DNA of 63,543 nucleotides, from assembly GCA_033763675.1 (NCBI GenBank), contig JANRJZ010000178.1, positions 1 to 63,543 of the forward strand, in the 5' to 3' direction. The position numbers and the translations under genes are program-made. The first letter of the stretch is position 1. Each line of letters starts with the position of its first letter. The notes below the pieces were generated by a model, which worked only from the letters and a program-made list of their open reading frames with translations, searched no databases and was not told the DNA's origin. The stretch is from Gemmatimonadota bacterium (GTDB taxonomy: Bacteria; Gemmatimonadota; Gemmatimonadetes; Gemmatimonadales; GWC2-71-9). Shown piece by piece: positions 7,844-16,875 of this stretch.

Positions 7844-10654
7844 ATGCACCAGCTCCAGACCTTCGGCGCCCTCGATCTTCGGGGTCCGGATGGCCGCGCG
7901 GTGGACGCTCTGCTGCAGCAGCCGCGTCGCATGGCGCTCCTGGCGTACCTGGCCGCGCATCGGCCCGGGGTGCTGGTGCGCCGCGACCGGCTGCTGCTCC
8001 TGTTCTGGCCCGAGCTGGAGGACGGCCGGGGGCGGGCCGCGCTGTCACAAGCGCTGCACGTCATCCGGAGGGCGCTGGGAGCGGAGGCCCTGGTGGCCCG
8101 GGGCACGGAAGAAGTGGGGCTCGATCCGGCGCACCTCACGGCGGACGTGACCCGCTTCCTTGACGCGGCGGCGGCGCAAGACTGGACCGGGATGGACCGG
8201 ACCTATACCGGGGAGTTTCTGCCGGGGTTCCACCTCGGGGACGCCCCCGAGTTCGGTCAATGGCTGGACGAGACCAGGACCGCCCTCCGGCGGCAAGCGT
8301 GCCAGGCGGCATCCCGGCTGGCCGAAGCGGCGGCCGCCGGCGGCGACCCGGCCGCCGCGGTCGGCTGGAGCCGGCGGGCGCTGGGCCACGATCCGCTCGA
8401 CGAGGCGCGGGTCCGTGACCTGCTCACCCGGCTGGGTGCCTTGGGAGACCGCACCGGCGCCGCCCGGGCCTACGAGGAGTTTGCCGGCCGGCTGAGCCGT
8501 GAGTTGGACCTCGAGCCCTCGCCCGAGACCCGCCAGCTCCGGGACGCGATCCTCGACGCCGATCTGCCGCCGGCGTTCCTGCCCGCCGCATCCGGCGATC
8601 GTGCCGCGCCCCCGGTGACGGCTCCCGCCGCGGAACCGGCGGCGTCCCCCAGCCGCCGCCGCTGGTTGCCCCCGCTGCTCCTCGCCGGCTGCGCCGCGGT
8701 CGCCCTCCTGCTCTGGCGCCCGTGGGTCCGCCCCCCCGCCACCGGCCCCGAACGGGTGCTGGTCCTCCCCTTTGCCATCCTCGGAGACAGCTCCCTCGCC
8801 TATTTGCACGAGGGCATGGTGGACCTGCTGGGGAGCCGGCTCGAGGCCTTTGGCGTCCTCCACGTGGTGGATCCCGCCCAGGTGCTGACCCACCTCGCGG
8901 CCGAGGACTCGAGCGGCGCGGTGCCCACGCCGAAGCCGGCGCTGGCCCGCGCCCTGGCGGAGCGGTTCCAGGCCCAGATGTACCTGACGGGGACGGTGGT
9001 TCGGCTGGGCAGCGGGATCGAGATCTCGGTCGCGCTGCACGACCGGAACGGCGAGCGTCGCGCCACCGTCACCCGGAGCGCGGCGACCGAGTCGGACCTG
9101 GGCGGCGCGGTGGACGCCATTGCCCGGGAGCTGCTCGGCCGGCGCTGGTCCCGCCCCGCCGAGCGACTGCTCCGGTGGGCCGCGCTGGAGACCGAGTCTC
9201 CGGAGGCGCTCCGCGCCTACCTGGCGGGGGAGCGCGCCTTCCGGCAGGGCAACTACGGGGACGCGCGCGCCCAGTTCGCCCTGGCCGCCGAGGTGGACAC
9301 GCTCTTCGCGCTGGCCTGGTATCGCTGGAGCGTCGCGGGAGGCTGGCTGGGGGACAGTGTGGCCTATGTCCGGGGTGCGGAGCGCGCCGTGGCGCTGGCC
9401 GGGCGGCTCGGCGACCGCGACGCCCGGCTCATGCGGGCCCACCTGGCCTATGTCCGCGGGGAGGTGGACCAGGCCGAAGGGTACTATCGCGAGATCCTCG
9501 CGCAGTACCCCGACGACGCCGAGGCTTGGTACAACCTCGGCGAGGTACTGTTCCACTGGAACCCCCGCCGCGGCCGCGGGATGGACGAGTCGGTGGAGCC
9601 CTTCACCCGCGCCACCGCCATCATGGGGCCACAGGCCGAGTCCGCCAGCCATCTGGTCCTGCTGCGGCTGCTCGGCGGCGAGCGCGCAACGCTGCTGCCG
9701 GCCATGGATTCGCTGGTTGCGCTCACCCCCGCCAACTCGCCGCGCCGCGTCACGTACACGGTGCTGCGCGCCATCGCGTCGGGGGAGCGGGAGGAGATGG
9801 CGGACGCGCTCGAGGGCATGGCCGGCCACGACGCCGGCGAATCGATCATCGCCGCGTGGGCGGTGAGCAACTACACCGATCGGTTCACCCTGCTGGACTC
9901 GCTGCTCGACCCCCTGACGGCACCCGCGGGGCAGCGCCCCACGCGCGCCGGCGCGCTCGGGCTCCTGGCGCACGCCGCCGTGGGACGGGGAGACTGGCCC
10001 CTGGCGCGGCGGCGCCTCGAACAGCTCTCGGCGCTGGACCATGCCACCGCCCTCGAGACCCGCGCCTGGCTGCTGGGCCAGCCGTGGGTCGCGGCCTCGC
10101 GGGACGAGCGGCTCGCCGCGCGCGCCGCACTCGAGGCGGCGCGGGAGGAATCGTACCCGCCCGGCGTGATCCACTTTGCCCCGGTTGCCCAGCAACAGCG
10201 GCTGCTGCGCGCCTTCCTCGTGGGGCTGCTGGCGCTCCGGGTGGGAGACACGTCGGCGGTGGAGGCGGCGGTCGCGGCGCTCCAGGCGGCCCCGGAGGCC
10301 CACGGCGGGCCGGGACTGGCGGTCAGCCTCCGGGTGGAGCTGGCGCTGGCGCGGGGGCAGCCGGAAATCGCGCTGGCGGAGCTGGAACACCTCGATCGGA
10401 ACCGGGTGCGGCTCCCGCCTGACATGCCGCAGCACAGCGTCGTGCGGCTCCGGCTGCTCCGGGGGGAGGCGCTGGCACGCGCGGGACGCTACGCCGAGTC
10501 GGTGGGCTGGTTCGAATCGTGCCGGGCGATCTTCACCTACGACTTTGCCTGGCGCGGGGCGGCGCTGCGGGGGCTGGCCAACGCCGCCTGGGCGGCGGGG
10601 GACAGCGCCCGGGCAGAGGGGGCCGCGCAGCGCGCCAAGCGGCTGGGGTACTGA
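7844..10654 (+). CDS. BTAD/SARP-type transcriptional regulator with a TM segment and a C-terminal TPR-like region
   Basis: The N-terminus MHQLQTFGALDLRGPDG...RRMALLAYLA is a winged-helix plus BTAD pattern (YTGEFLPGF, ARAYEEFAGRLSRELDLEPSPETRQLRDAIL). It has a hydrophobic span LLLAGCAAVALLLW and a long Ala/Leu-rich helical-repeat tail. I chose the start at the ATG at 7844. Confidence 0.75.
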   Translation: MHQLQTFGALDLRGPDGRAVDALLQQPRRMALLAYLAAHRPGVLVRRDRLLLLFWPELEDGRGRAALSQALHVIRRALGAEALVARGTEEVGLDPAHLTADVTRFLDAAAAQDWTGMDRTYTGEFLPGFHLGDAPEFGQWLDETRTALRRQACQAASRLAEAAAAGGDPAAAVGWSRRALGHDPLDEARVRDLLTRLGALGDRTGAARAYEEFAGRLSRELDLEPSPETRQLRDAILDADLPPAFLPAASGDRAAPPVTAPAAEPAASPSRRRWLPPLLLAGCAAVALLLWRPWVRPPATGPERVLVLPFAILGDSSLAYLHEGMVDLLGSRLEAFGVLHVVDPAQVLTHLAAEDSSGAVPTPKPALARALAERFQAQMYLTGTVVRLGSGIEISVALHDRNGERRATVTRSAATESDLGGAVDAIARELLGRRWSRPAERLLRWAALETESPEALRAYLAGERAFRQGNYGDARAQFALAAEVDTLFALAWYRWSVAGGWLGDSVAYVRGAERAVALAGRLGDRDARLMRAHLAYVRGEVDQAEGYYREILAQYPDDAEAWYNLGEVLFHWNPRRGRGMDESVEPFTRATAIMGPQAESASHLVLLRLLGGERATLLPAMDSLVALTPANSPRRVTYTVLRAIASGEREEMADALEGMAGHDAGESIIAAWAVSNYTDRFTLLDSLLDPLTAPAGQRPTRAGALGLLAHAAVGRGDWPLARRRLEQLSALDHATALETRAWLLGQPWVAASRDERLAARAALEAAREESYPPGVIHFAPVAQQQRLLRAFLVGLLALRVGDTSAVEAAVAALQAAPEAHGGPGLAVSLRVELALARGQPEIALAELEHLDRNRVRLPPDMPQHSVVRLRLLRGEALARAGRYAESVGWFESCRAIFTYDFAWRGAALRGLANAAWAAGDSARAEGAAQRAKRLGY

Positions 10655-10667
10655 GCCGGCGGGAACG

Positions 10668-11645
10668 CTACTCCGCGTCCGCGTCCCGTTTGGCCATCCG
10701 GTCGTTCAGCTCGTCCACGTCTTCCTTGAGCTGGTCCACCTCGGTCAGGAACTCCGCCGGCGTGGTGGTCGGGATCCAGCGCGCCGGGAGCGGCTTGAGC
10801 TGGCTGTCGGAAGAAGCCCCGGCGAATTCCGGCTGGTCCCCGCTGTTCGCCAGCGTCACCACCCCCGTGAGCGCGCCGACCACCGCGAGGCTCCACAGCC
10901 ACTGCGCCGCCCGGGAGAGCGTGGACACCCGCGCCAGGTGGGCGGCGAGCCCCCAGACGGAGAGCGCCAGCCCGACTCCCGCGATGAGCGTTGCCCACGC
11001 GAACCCTTCCGGCACCAGGAAGGAGAGCCACTCCTCCACCGTGTTGGCCACGATGTACCCCGACAGGACCACGCAGGGGATCGTGAGGTGTTCGGGAAAG
11101 CGGAAGCGCTGCTGAGTGATCCGGTTGACCAGCGCCCACCCCCCCGCCCAGACCATGACCATGAGGAGCGCGATCAGGGCCTCACCCGCCAGCTCGGAAA
11201 GCCGGGTCCGGTCGGTCTTGCCGAGCCAGGAGTTCAGCGTCAGCAGCACGCCCGTCCCGAGGATGATGGCGGCCATCACGAGCGGGTGGGCCATCGGGCC
11301 GTCCCCCTCGCGGATCGCGCCGTCGCGCAGGGCCGGCTCGAGCGCCGTGGCGGGGTCCATGAAGCGGAGCGTGGTCCGGCCCAGCCGGACCTCCACCCCC
11401 GAGCGCACCGGCAACTGGCGGGTCCGCTGTCCGGAGGCGGGGTCCCGCAGCAGGTTCACGCTCCCCTGGTCCACCAGCACCAGGCCGCCATGCCCATCCC
11501 ACTCGAGCCGCGCGTGGAGCGGGTCCACGTAGCGATCATCCAGGATGACATCGTTGCCGTAGCCCCGGCCGATGGTTGCGGGGAAGGCGGCGAGCCGCAC
11601 CCGGTGCCGCACCGCGCCGCGGCGGTCGAGGATCTCGACGATCAC
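10668..11645 (-). CDS. FHA-domain membrane protein
   Basis: N-terminal FHA pattern (IGRGYGNDVILDDRYVDPLHARLEWDG..LVLVDQGSVNLL) followed by 5-6 TM helices and an acidic coiled tail. The GTG start overlaps the stop of the upstream protease gene (GTGA). Confidence 0.72.
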   Translation of the reverse strand: MIVEILDRRGAVRHRVRLAAFPATIGRGYGNDVILDDRYVDPLHARLEWDGHGGLVLVDQGSVNLLRDPASGQRTRQLPVRSGVEVRLGRTTLRFMDPATALEPALRDGAIREGDGPMAHPLVMAAIILGTGVLLTLNSWLGKTDRTRLSELAGEALIALLMVMVWAGGWALVNRITQQRFRFPEHLTIPCVVLSGYIVANTVEEWLSFLVPEGFAWATLIAGVGLALSVWGLAAHLARVSTLSRAAQWLWSLAVVGALTGVVTLANSGDQPEFAGASSDSQLKPLPARWIPTTTPAEFLTEVDQLKEDVDELNDRMAKRDADAE

Positions 11646-12931
11646 TCCGGCGCCCTCCCGAGACTGGCCAGGAACCGCTCCACCACCCGGCGGGCGTTCT
11701 CGAAGGTCACCCCGGAGAGGGTGAGGGTCGTGATCAGCCCGCTCGAGGGGTCGCCGAGGGTGGCGGCCTTGAAGAACACATCGTACAGGCCGTCCAGCTT
11801 TCGGTAGCGGCGGGTGCAGAACACCGTGGCAAGCGCCAGGCCGGGCTGGCGGACGTTTCCGCTGGTGCAGCGCCGCGGGGTGACCACCTCGCGGCCCTGG
11901 AACGCGAAGCCGTCTCCCGAGAACTGGCTGGTGAGGAGGCTGTAGAACCGGAACCGGTTGAGATCCCGGGTGGAGAGCACGGTGTGCTGCAGGGTGAGCA
12001 CCCCCGACGACTGCTCCCCGGAGATGAACACGTAGTCGTCGGTCGAGCACTGGTGCTCGATGGTCTCGTAGGGACGCGTGCGGCTGTGTGAGGCGTCCCC
12101 CCAGCACTTGAAGAACGGCGCCGGTTCGGTGGGCACCTGGTAGCCGCCCAGGGTCACCGTCCGGGCGCTGTCCGCGAACAGCCGGGCCAGGTAGGTGTCC
12201 TGGTAGCTCAGCAGCTGCTGGGCCACGGTGCGGAGCAGGCTATCGGGCCGGACGTACCCGGGGCGCGTGGCCTCGTCCACGAGGGCGATCACCCGGTCCA
12301 CCGGCACCAGGAAGCTGACCTGCTCCCCGGCGGTGGAGACGTTCACGCCCACCACCGTCCCTTCCGCATTGACGGTCGGGCCCCCGCTCATCCCCGGGTT
12401 GATGGAGCCGGTGAAGTGGATCTTGGGGTAGAGGGTGTGCTCCAGCAGGCCGTTGTAGGTCCCCTCGACGATCGAGAGCCCGAGGTCGTGCGGATGGCCC
12501 ATGGAGTAGAGCCGGGTGCCCCGGTCCGGGGAGGCCGGGGCGAGCGTGAACCAGGGATCGCCCGCGGGCCCGGCCTGGAGCACCGCGAGGTCGTGGACCA
12601 CGTCGATGGCGAGGACCTCCACCGGCCGGCTGCGCTCCCCGCCGTCCACCAGCTCGGCCCGGTAGCGCTCCGGCCGGTTGATCAGCTCCGAGACGACGTG
12701 ATAGTTGGTGACCACGTGCCCGGCGCCGGAGACAAAGAAGCCCGACCCGATTGCCGACTTGGCCCCCGAGCGCTTCTCGATGCTCTGGATCTTGACCACC
12801 CGGGCCGCGAAGCGCCGGTACACCAGCGCCGCGTCCGGGCTCCCGGCCTGGGCCGGCAGTCCGCTCCCGAGGGCAACTCCCAAAACCGCGAGCGCTCCGG
12901 AAATCCGGAGCGCTCGGTGGACCAGGCTCAT
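11642..12931 (-). CDS. Trypsin-like serine protease (S1C-like, no PDZ), secreted
   Basis: Signal peptide MSLVHRALRISGALAVLGVALG. Catalytic triad contexts are TNYHVV (His), VHDLAVL (Asp) and NPGMSGGP (Ser). The ATG overlaps the stop of the upstream Lys-rich ORF (ATGA). Confidence 0.8.
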   Translation of the reverse strand: MSLVHRALRISGALAVLGVALGSGLPAQAGSPDAALVYRRFAARVVKIQSIEKRSGAKSAIGSGFFVSGAGHVVTNYHVVSELINRPERYRAELVDGGERSRPVEVLAIDVVHDLAVLQAGPAGDPWFTLAPASPDRGTRLYSMGHPHDLGLSIVEGTYNGLLEHTLYPKIHFTGSINPGMSGGPTVNAEGTVVGVNVSTAGEQVSFLVPVDRVIALVDEATRPGYVRPDSLLRTVAQQLLSYQDTYLARLFADSARTVTLGGYQVPTEPAPFFKCWGDASHSRTRPYETIEHQCSTDDYVFISGEQSSGVLTLQHTVLSTRDLNRFRFYSLLTSQFSGDGFAFQGREVVTPRRCTSGNVRQPGLALATVFCTRRYRKLDGLYDVFFKAATLGDPSSGLITTLTLSGVTFENARRVVERFLASLGRAPE

Positions 12932-13278
12932 CTCTTCTTCTTTTTCTTGCCGCTCTTCTTGGCCGGCCGCTTCGCCGCCTTCCGGGCCACCTTCTTTGCC
13001 GCCTTCTTCCTGGCGACCTTCCGGGCCGGCCGCTTCTTGGCCACCTTCTTTGCCGGCTTCTTCTTGGCGGCCTTCTTCTTGGCCGGCTTCTTCGCCGCGG
13101 CCTTCTTCGCGGCCGGCTTCTTCATGGCGGGCTTCCTGGCGGCCATGGGCATCGCTGCGGGCGCGGCCGCGGGGGCTGGAGCGGCCGCCGGGGGGGTGAC
13201 CGGCTCCATCGGCACGGGCGCGGGATCCATCCAGCCCGAATCCGTCCAGCTCATCTCCATATCGTCCAGCTCGGCCAT
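12928..13278 (-). CDS. Lys/Ala-rich histone-H1-like / AlgP-like basic protein with an acidic N-terminus
   Basis: 116 aa: MAELDDMEMSWTDSGWMDP... then KKPAAKKAAAKKPAKKKAAKKKPAKKVAKK repeats. A GGAGGAAG Shine-Dalgarno lies about 6 nt upstream of the ATG at 13278. Lys codons are mostly AAG, consistent with GC3 bias. Confidence 0.6.
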   Translation of the reverse strand: MAELDDMEMSWTDSGWMDPAPVPMEPVTPPAAAPAPAAAPAAMPMAARKPAMKKPAAKKAAAKKPAKKKAAKKKPAKKVAKKRPARKVARKKAAKKVARKAAKRPAKKSGKKKKKR

Positions 13279-13530
13279 GGGTGCTTCCTCCACAGTCTGC
13301 CGCGGCGCGAGACCCGCCGCCGGTGACGCGGGCAATCACTGCCCGCAACGATGCCTCGCTGGTAAGATGCACTTCTTCCGAATGAGTGCAAGACGGGGCG
13401 CCACACCGACCGCGTGCAGCCAGCCGGCCTCCGCCCCGGGCCACGCCGGGCCCCCCGGCAAGGCCCGAGACGCCGGGATCGCGATCCCGCTTCTGCATCG
13501 CAACATGGTATACGACAAGGGCTTACAGCC

Positions 13531-14187
13531 ATGATCGAACACCAGGATCTCCTGCGGAATAATCGGGAATGGGCCGCGCGGAAGCTGGCCGCCGATCCCC
13601 AGTTCTTCTCTCGCCTGCAGCACCAGCAGGCCCCCAAGTGGCTGTGGATCGGCTGTTCCGACAGCCGCGTCCCGGCCAACGAGATCGTCGGTCTCGATCC
13701 GGGCGAGATGTTCGTGCACCGGAACGTGGCCAATGTCGTGGTGCACACCGACCTCAACTGCCTTTCGGTGCTGCAGTACGCGGTCGAGGTGCTCAAGGTG
13801 CAGGATGTCATCGTCTGCGGGCACTACGGGTGCGGCGGGGTGCGCGCCGCCTGGGAGCGGCGTCAGTTCGGGCTGATCGACAACTGGCTCCGCAACGTCC
13901 AGGACGTCGCCGAACACCACCACGATCACCTCGGCCGCCTCACCGGCGGCAGCCGGGCGGAGGACCGGCTCTGCGAGCTCAACGTCCTGGAGCAGGCCCG
14001 GAACGTCTGCCGCACCACGGTGCTCCAGGATGCGTGGCGCAGTCACTCCGCCGTGACGGTCCATGGCTGGATCTACTCGCTCCAGGACGGACTGATCCGG
14101 GAGACCGGCTTCCGTGTCTCCCGCCGCGAGGATATGGACCGGGGCTACGCCGAGGCACTCGAGAGCATCCGCACCAAACAGTCCTGA
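13531..14187 (+). CDS. can: Beta-class carbonic anhydrase
   Basis: Zinc-ligand motifs CSDSRV and HYGCGG. The N-terminal NREWA..DPQFFSRL is typical of Can/CynT. Confidence 0.9.
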   Translation: MIEHQDLLRNNREWAARKLAADPQFFSRLQHQQAPKWLWIGCSDSRVPANEIVGLDPGEMFVHRNVANVVVHTDLNCLSVLQYAVEVLKVQDVIVCGHYGCGGVRAAWERRQFGLIDNWLRNVQDVAEHHHDHLGRLTGGSRAEDRLCELNVLEQARNVCRTTVLQDAWRSHSAVTVHGWIYSLQDGLIRETGFRVSRREDMDRGYAEALESIRTKQS

Positions 14188-14199
14188 CCGGGGCTTCCC

Positions 14200-16869
14200 A
14201 TGCCGGCACCCACGCTGCCCTCCCGCCTGGCCTTCGGCCTGCTGCTGCCGCTGGCTCCCCTCGCCGCCCAGGCGGCGCCCGACTCGACCGCCCTCCGCCC
14301 CATCGAGGTCCACCGGAGCGCCGTGGACCTGCACGGCCCGGCGCGGCCCGGCAGCTACGTGAGCGCGGTCGGGCGGCGGTCGCTCGGGATGGGGAGCGAA
14401 CTCGGCGGCTTCGAGGTCTGGGCCTGGCCGCTCAAGCTGCTGCACCACTTCGAGCTCCGGTTCCAGACTCCGCTGTTCCAGGAGCCGATTCCGGCCCGCA
14501 CCCTGGCGCGTGAGGTGACCATCACCCCCGCCGGCCCGGTCATCACCTACACCCACCCCGCCTTCACGGTGCGGCAGACGGTCTTCGCAGCCCGCAACGA
14601 GCCGGCCATCGTCATGCTGCTGGACGTGGACGCGGTCCGCCCCATCGAGATCCTGGCCGAGTTCGTCTCCGACCTGGAGCTGGCGTGGCCCGGGGCCATC
14701 GGGGGCCAGTACGTGTTCTGGGACCAGGGAGAGAAGGCCTTCGTGCTCTCGGAGAGCCAGCGGAAGGCGAGCGCCCTGGTGGGCAGCCCGTTCACCACCA
14801 GCGCCACCAACCAGCCGGCGCACGACGTCCCCGACGCCCCCAACCAGCTGCGGATCGCGGTGGGGGATCCCACGCGCACCCCGATGCCGCGGCCCGGCGA
14901 GCCCGCCGGGCGGCTGACGAGCCTCCATGTGCGGGGGATCCCGATCGTCATCGCGGGGGCCCTCGCCCCGCGGGATACGGTCAAGGCGATCTATCGCCGG
15001 GTGCTGGCGGAGATCCCCCGGCTCTACGCCGAGCGGGTGGCGGCGGCGCAGGCGGTGCTGGACGGCTCGCTGTCGGTGGAGTCGCCCGATCCGCGGTTTG
15101 ATCTCGCGGTCCGCTGGGCGGCGCTCAACCTCGACGAGGCGATGGCCTGCAACCCCGACTTGGGGTGCGGCCTGGTGGCGGGCTACGGGCCGAGCGAGTC
15201 CCGGGGCGCCCGCCCCGGCTTCGGCTGGTACTTCGGGGGGGACGCCTCGATCAACTCCCTCGGCATCGGCGCCCTGGGCCAGTACGACCTGGCCCGCGAC
15301 GGGCTCGAGTTCTTCGTGAAGTACCAGCGGCCGGACGGCAAGATTCCGCATGAGATCTCACAGAGCGCCGGCCGCATCCGCTGGTTCGAGGACTACCCCT
15401 ACGCCTTCTACCACGCGGACACGACCCCCTACTGGCTGCTGGCCTGGGGAGACTACTGGAAGGCGACCAGCGACACGACGACGATCCGCCGGGTCTGGCC
15501 CGCCATCCGGAAGGCGTTCGACTGGTGCCGCGGCACTGTGGACTCCACCACCGGGCTGATGCTCAACTCGAAGGGCGGGCTGGGCGCGGTGGAGGTGGGC
15601 GATCTGGGCGTCGGGGTGGAGTCCGACATCTACCTGAGTGCGGTGTGGGTGGAGGCGCTGGACCGGATGGCCCGGATGGCGGAGGTCATGGAGCGGAAGC
15701 CCGCCCGGCGCAATGAATCGCCCAATCGCCCAAGCGCCCAATCGCCATTGGTGGCGCAGGCCCGCCAGCTCCACGCCCGCGCCCTCACCTCCCTGCGCGA
15801 GCGGTTCTGGCTGCCCGCGGAGCAGATGTATGCCTTCGCGCTGCTGGAACGGGGGGAGATCCGGCCCGAACTGACGGTCTGGCCCACTACCGCCATGAGC
15901 TTCGGGCTGTTCGAGCCGGAGCGCGGCATGCTGGCCGCCCAGGCCCAGGCCCGCGCGTCGCTCACCACGGACTGGGGGGCCCGGTCCCTGTCCAGCGGCA
16001 GCCGCCTGTTCGATCCGCTGCACTACAACAACGGCACCGTGTGGCCCTTCGTTACCGGCTTCGCGGCGCTGGCCCAGTACCGGTACCGGAACCCGACCAG
16101 CGGCTACCAGTTGCTGCAGAGCATCGTCCGGAGCGGCTGGGACCGGGGGCTGGGACGGAATCCGGAGGTCTACGCCGGCCTGATGCACGAGCCGCTCGAG
16201 ACCGCGGTGCCGCAGCAGTTCTTCGGCACCAGCTTCATCCCCACCGTGCTGGTGCGCGGGCTGCTCGGCTGGGAACCGGACCTGCCGGCCGGGACGGTAC
16301 GGCTGGCGCCGCAGCTCCCGATCGAGTGGGACCGCCTGGCGGTGAAGAACGCCCCTGCCGGGGAGAATCGCTACAGCCTGAGTGTCCAGCGGAGTTCCAC
16401 CCGGCTCGAGGTCACGCTGCGGCGCACCGCCGGCGCCCGGCCGCTCACCCTCGAGTTCGCTCCGCGGCTGCCGCTCGGTGCAGTGGTCCGGCGCGCCACC
16501 GCCACCGGGGCGGAGCCAGCGCCGTGCGGCGCCCCCGAGGCCACGGCGCGGGACGTGACCCTCCTCTGCCGGGTGCCGCTCACCGATTCGACCCGGTTCA
16601 TCATCGATTACGACGCCGGCTACGAGGTGCTGCTCCCTCCGGCCGAGGTGCCGCGGGGCGCGTCCTCACGGCAGCTTCGCCTGCTGGACCAGCGGCTGGT
16701 GCAGGACACCCTGGCGCTGGTGCTGGAGGGGCCCGCCGGCTCCACTTCGCCGATCCTGGTGCGCCGGAGCGGCAGCGTGCATCCGGTGGTCGTCTTTCCG
16801 ATGCCGGGAGATTCGGTGGACGGCTATAGCCGCACCGAGCTCCGGGTGCACCTGCCCGCCACACCCTGA
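14200..16869 (+). CDS. Secreted six-hairpin glycosidase-like protein (amylo-alpha-1,6-glucosidase / GDE_C-like)
   Basis: 889 aa with a signal peptide (LLLPLAPLAAQA). The central region GFGWYFGGDASINSLG...FFVKYQRPDGKIPHE...TPYWLLAWGDYW resembles the GDE_C/(alpha/alpha)6 glycosidase family. The family assignment is approximate. Confidence 0.65.
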   Translation: MPAPTLPSRLAFGLLLPLAPLAAQAAPDSTALRPIEVHRSAVDLHGPARPGSYVSAVGRRSLGMGSELGGFEVWAWPLKLLHHFELRFQTPLFQEPIPARTLAREVTITPAGPVITYTHPAFTVRQTVFAARNEPAIVMLLDVDAVRPIEILAEFVSDLELAWPGAIGGQYVFWDQGEKAFVLSESQRKASALVGSPFTTSATNQPAHDVPDAPNQLRIAVGDPTRTPMPRPGEPAGRLTSLHVRGIPIVIAGALAPRDTVKAIYRRVLAEIPRLYAERVAAAQAVLDGSLSVESPDPRFDLAVRWAALNLDEAMACNPDLGCGLVAGYGPSESRGARPGFGWYFGGDASINSLGIGALGQYDLARDGLEFFVKYQRPDGKIPHEISQSAGRIRWFEDYPYAFYHADTTPYWLLAWGDYWKATSDTTTIRRVWPAIRKAFDWCRGTVDSTTGLMLNSKGGLGAVEVGDLGVGVESDIYLSAVWVEALDRMARMAEVMERKPARRNESPNRPSAQSPLVAQARQLHARALTSLRERFWLPAEQMYAFALLERGEIRPELTVWPTTAMSFGLFEPERGMLAAQAQARASLTTDWGARSLSSGSRLFDPLHYNNGTVWPFVTGFAALAQYRYRNPTSGYQLLQSIVRSGWDRGLGRNPEVYAGLMHEPLETAVPQQFFGTSFIPTVLVRGLLGWEPDLPAGTVRLAPQLPIEWDRLAVKNAPAGENRYSLSVQRSSTRLEVTLRRTAGARPLTLEFAPRLPLGAVVRRATATGAEPAPCGAPEATARDVTLLCRVPLTDSTRFIIDYDAGYEVLLPPAEVPRGASSRQLRLLDQRLVQDTLALVLEGPAGSTSPILVRRSGSVHPVVVFPMPGDSVDGYSRTELRVHLPATP
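15719..15756. repeat. CGCCCAAT-family octamer array (3 units plus an inverted ATTGGTGGCG) embedded in-frame in the glycosidase CDS
   Basis: cgcccaat cgcccaag cgcccaat cgcc attggtggcg. It translates as SPNRPSAQSPLVA. Confidence 0.8.
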
Positions 16870-16875
16870 GCGGCC

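Noticed and set aside
8045-10435. 796-aa minus-strand ORF antisense to the BTAD/TPR regulator (also 8722-10422 and other overlapping frames)
   Set aside because: The composition is Arg/Gly/Pro/Gln-rich with no recognisable domains. The plus-strand frame has clear BTAD/TPR features.
11642-13498. The full 618-aa ORF as a single protease with a long N-terminal Glu/Gly/Arg-rich extension
   Set aside because: The extension (…EEAGREEGRGEEAGQEEG…) is the off-frame reading of the Lys-rich gene. A signal peptide begins at the internal Met (12931), and the other frame has a Shine-Dalgarno plus an ATGA coupling. I therefore split it into two genes.
13336-15351. 671-aa minus-strand ORF across the carbonic anhydrase and glycosidase genes
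   Set aside because: It spans two well-supported plus-strand genes and their intergenic gap. The translation is low-complexity and looks like a GC artefact.
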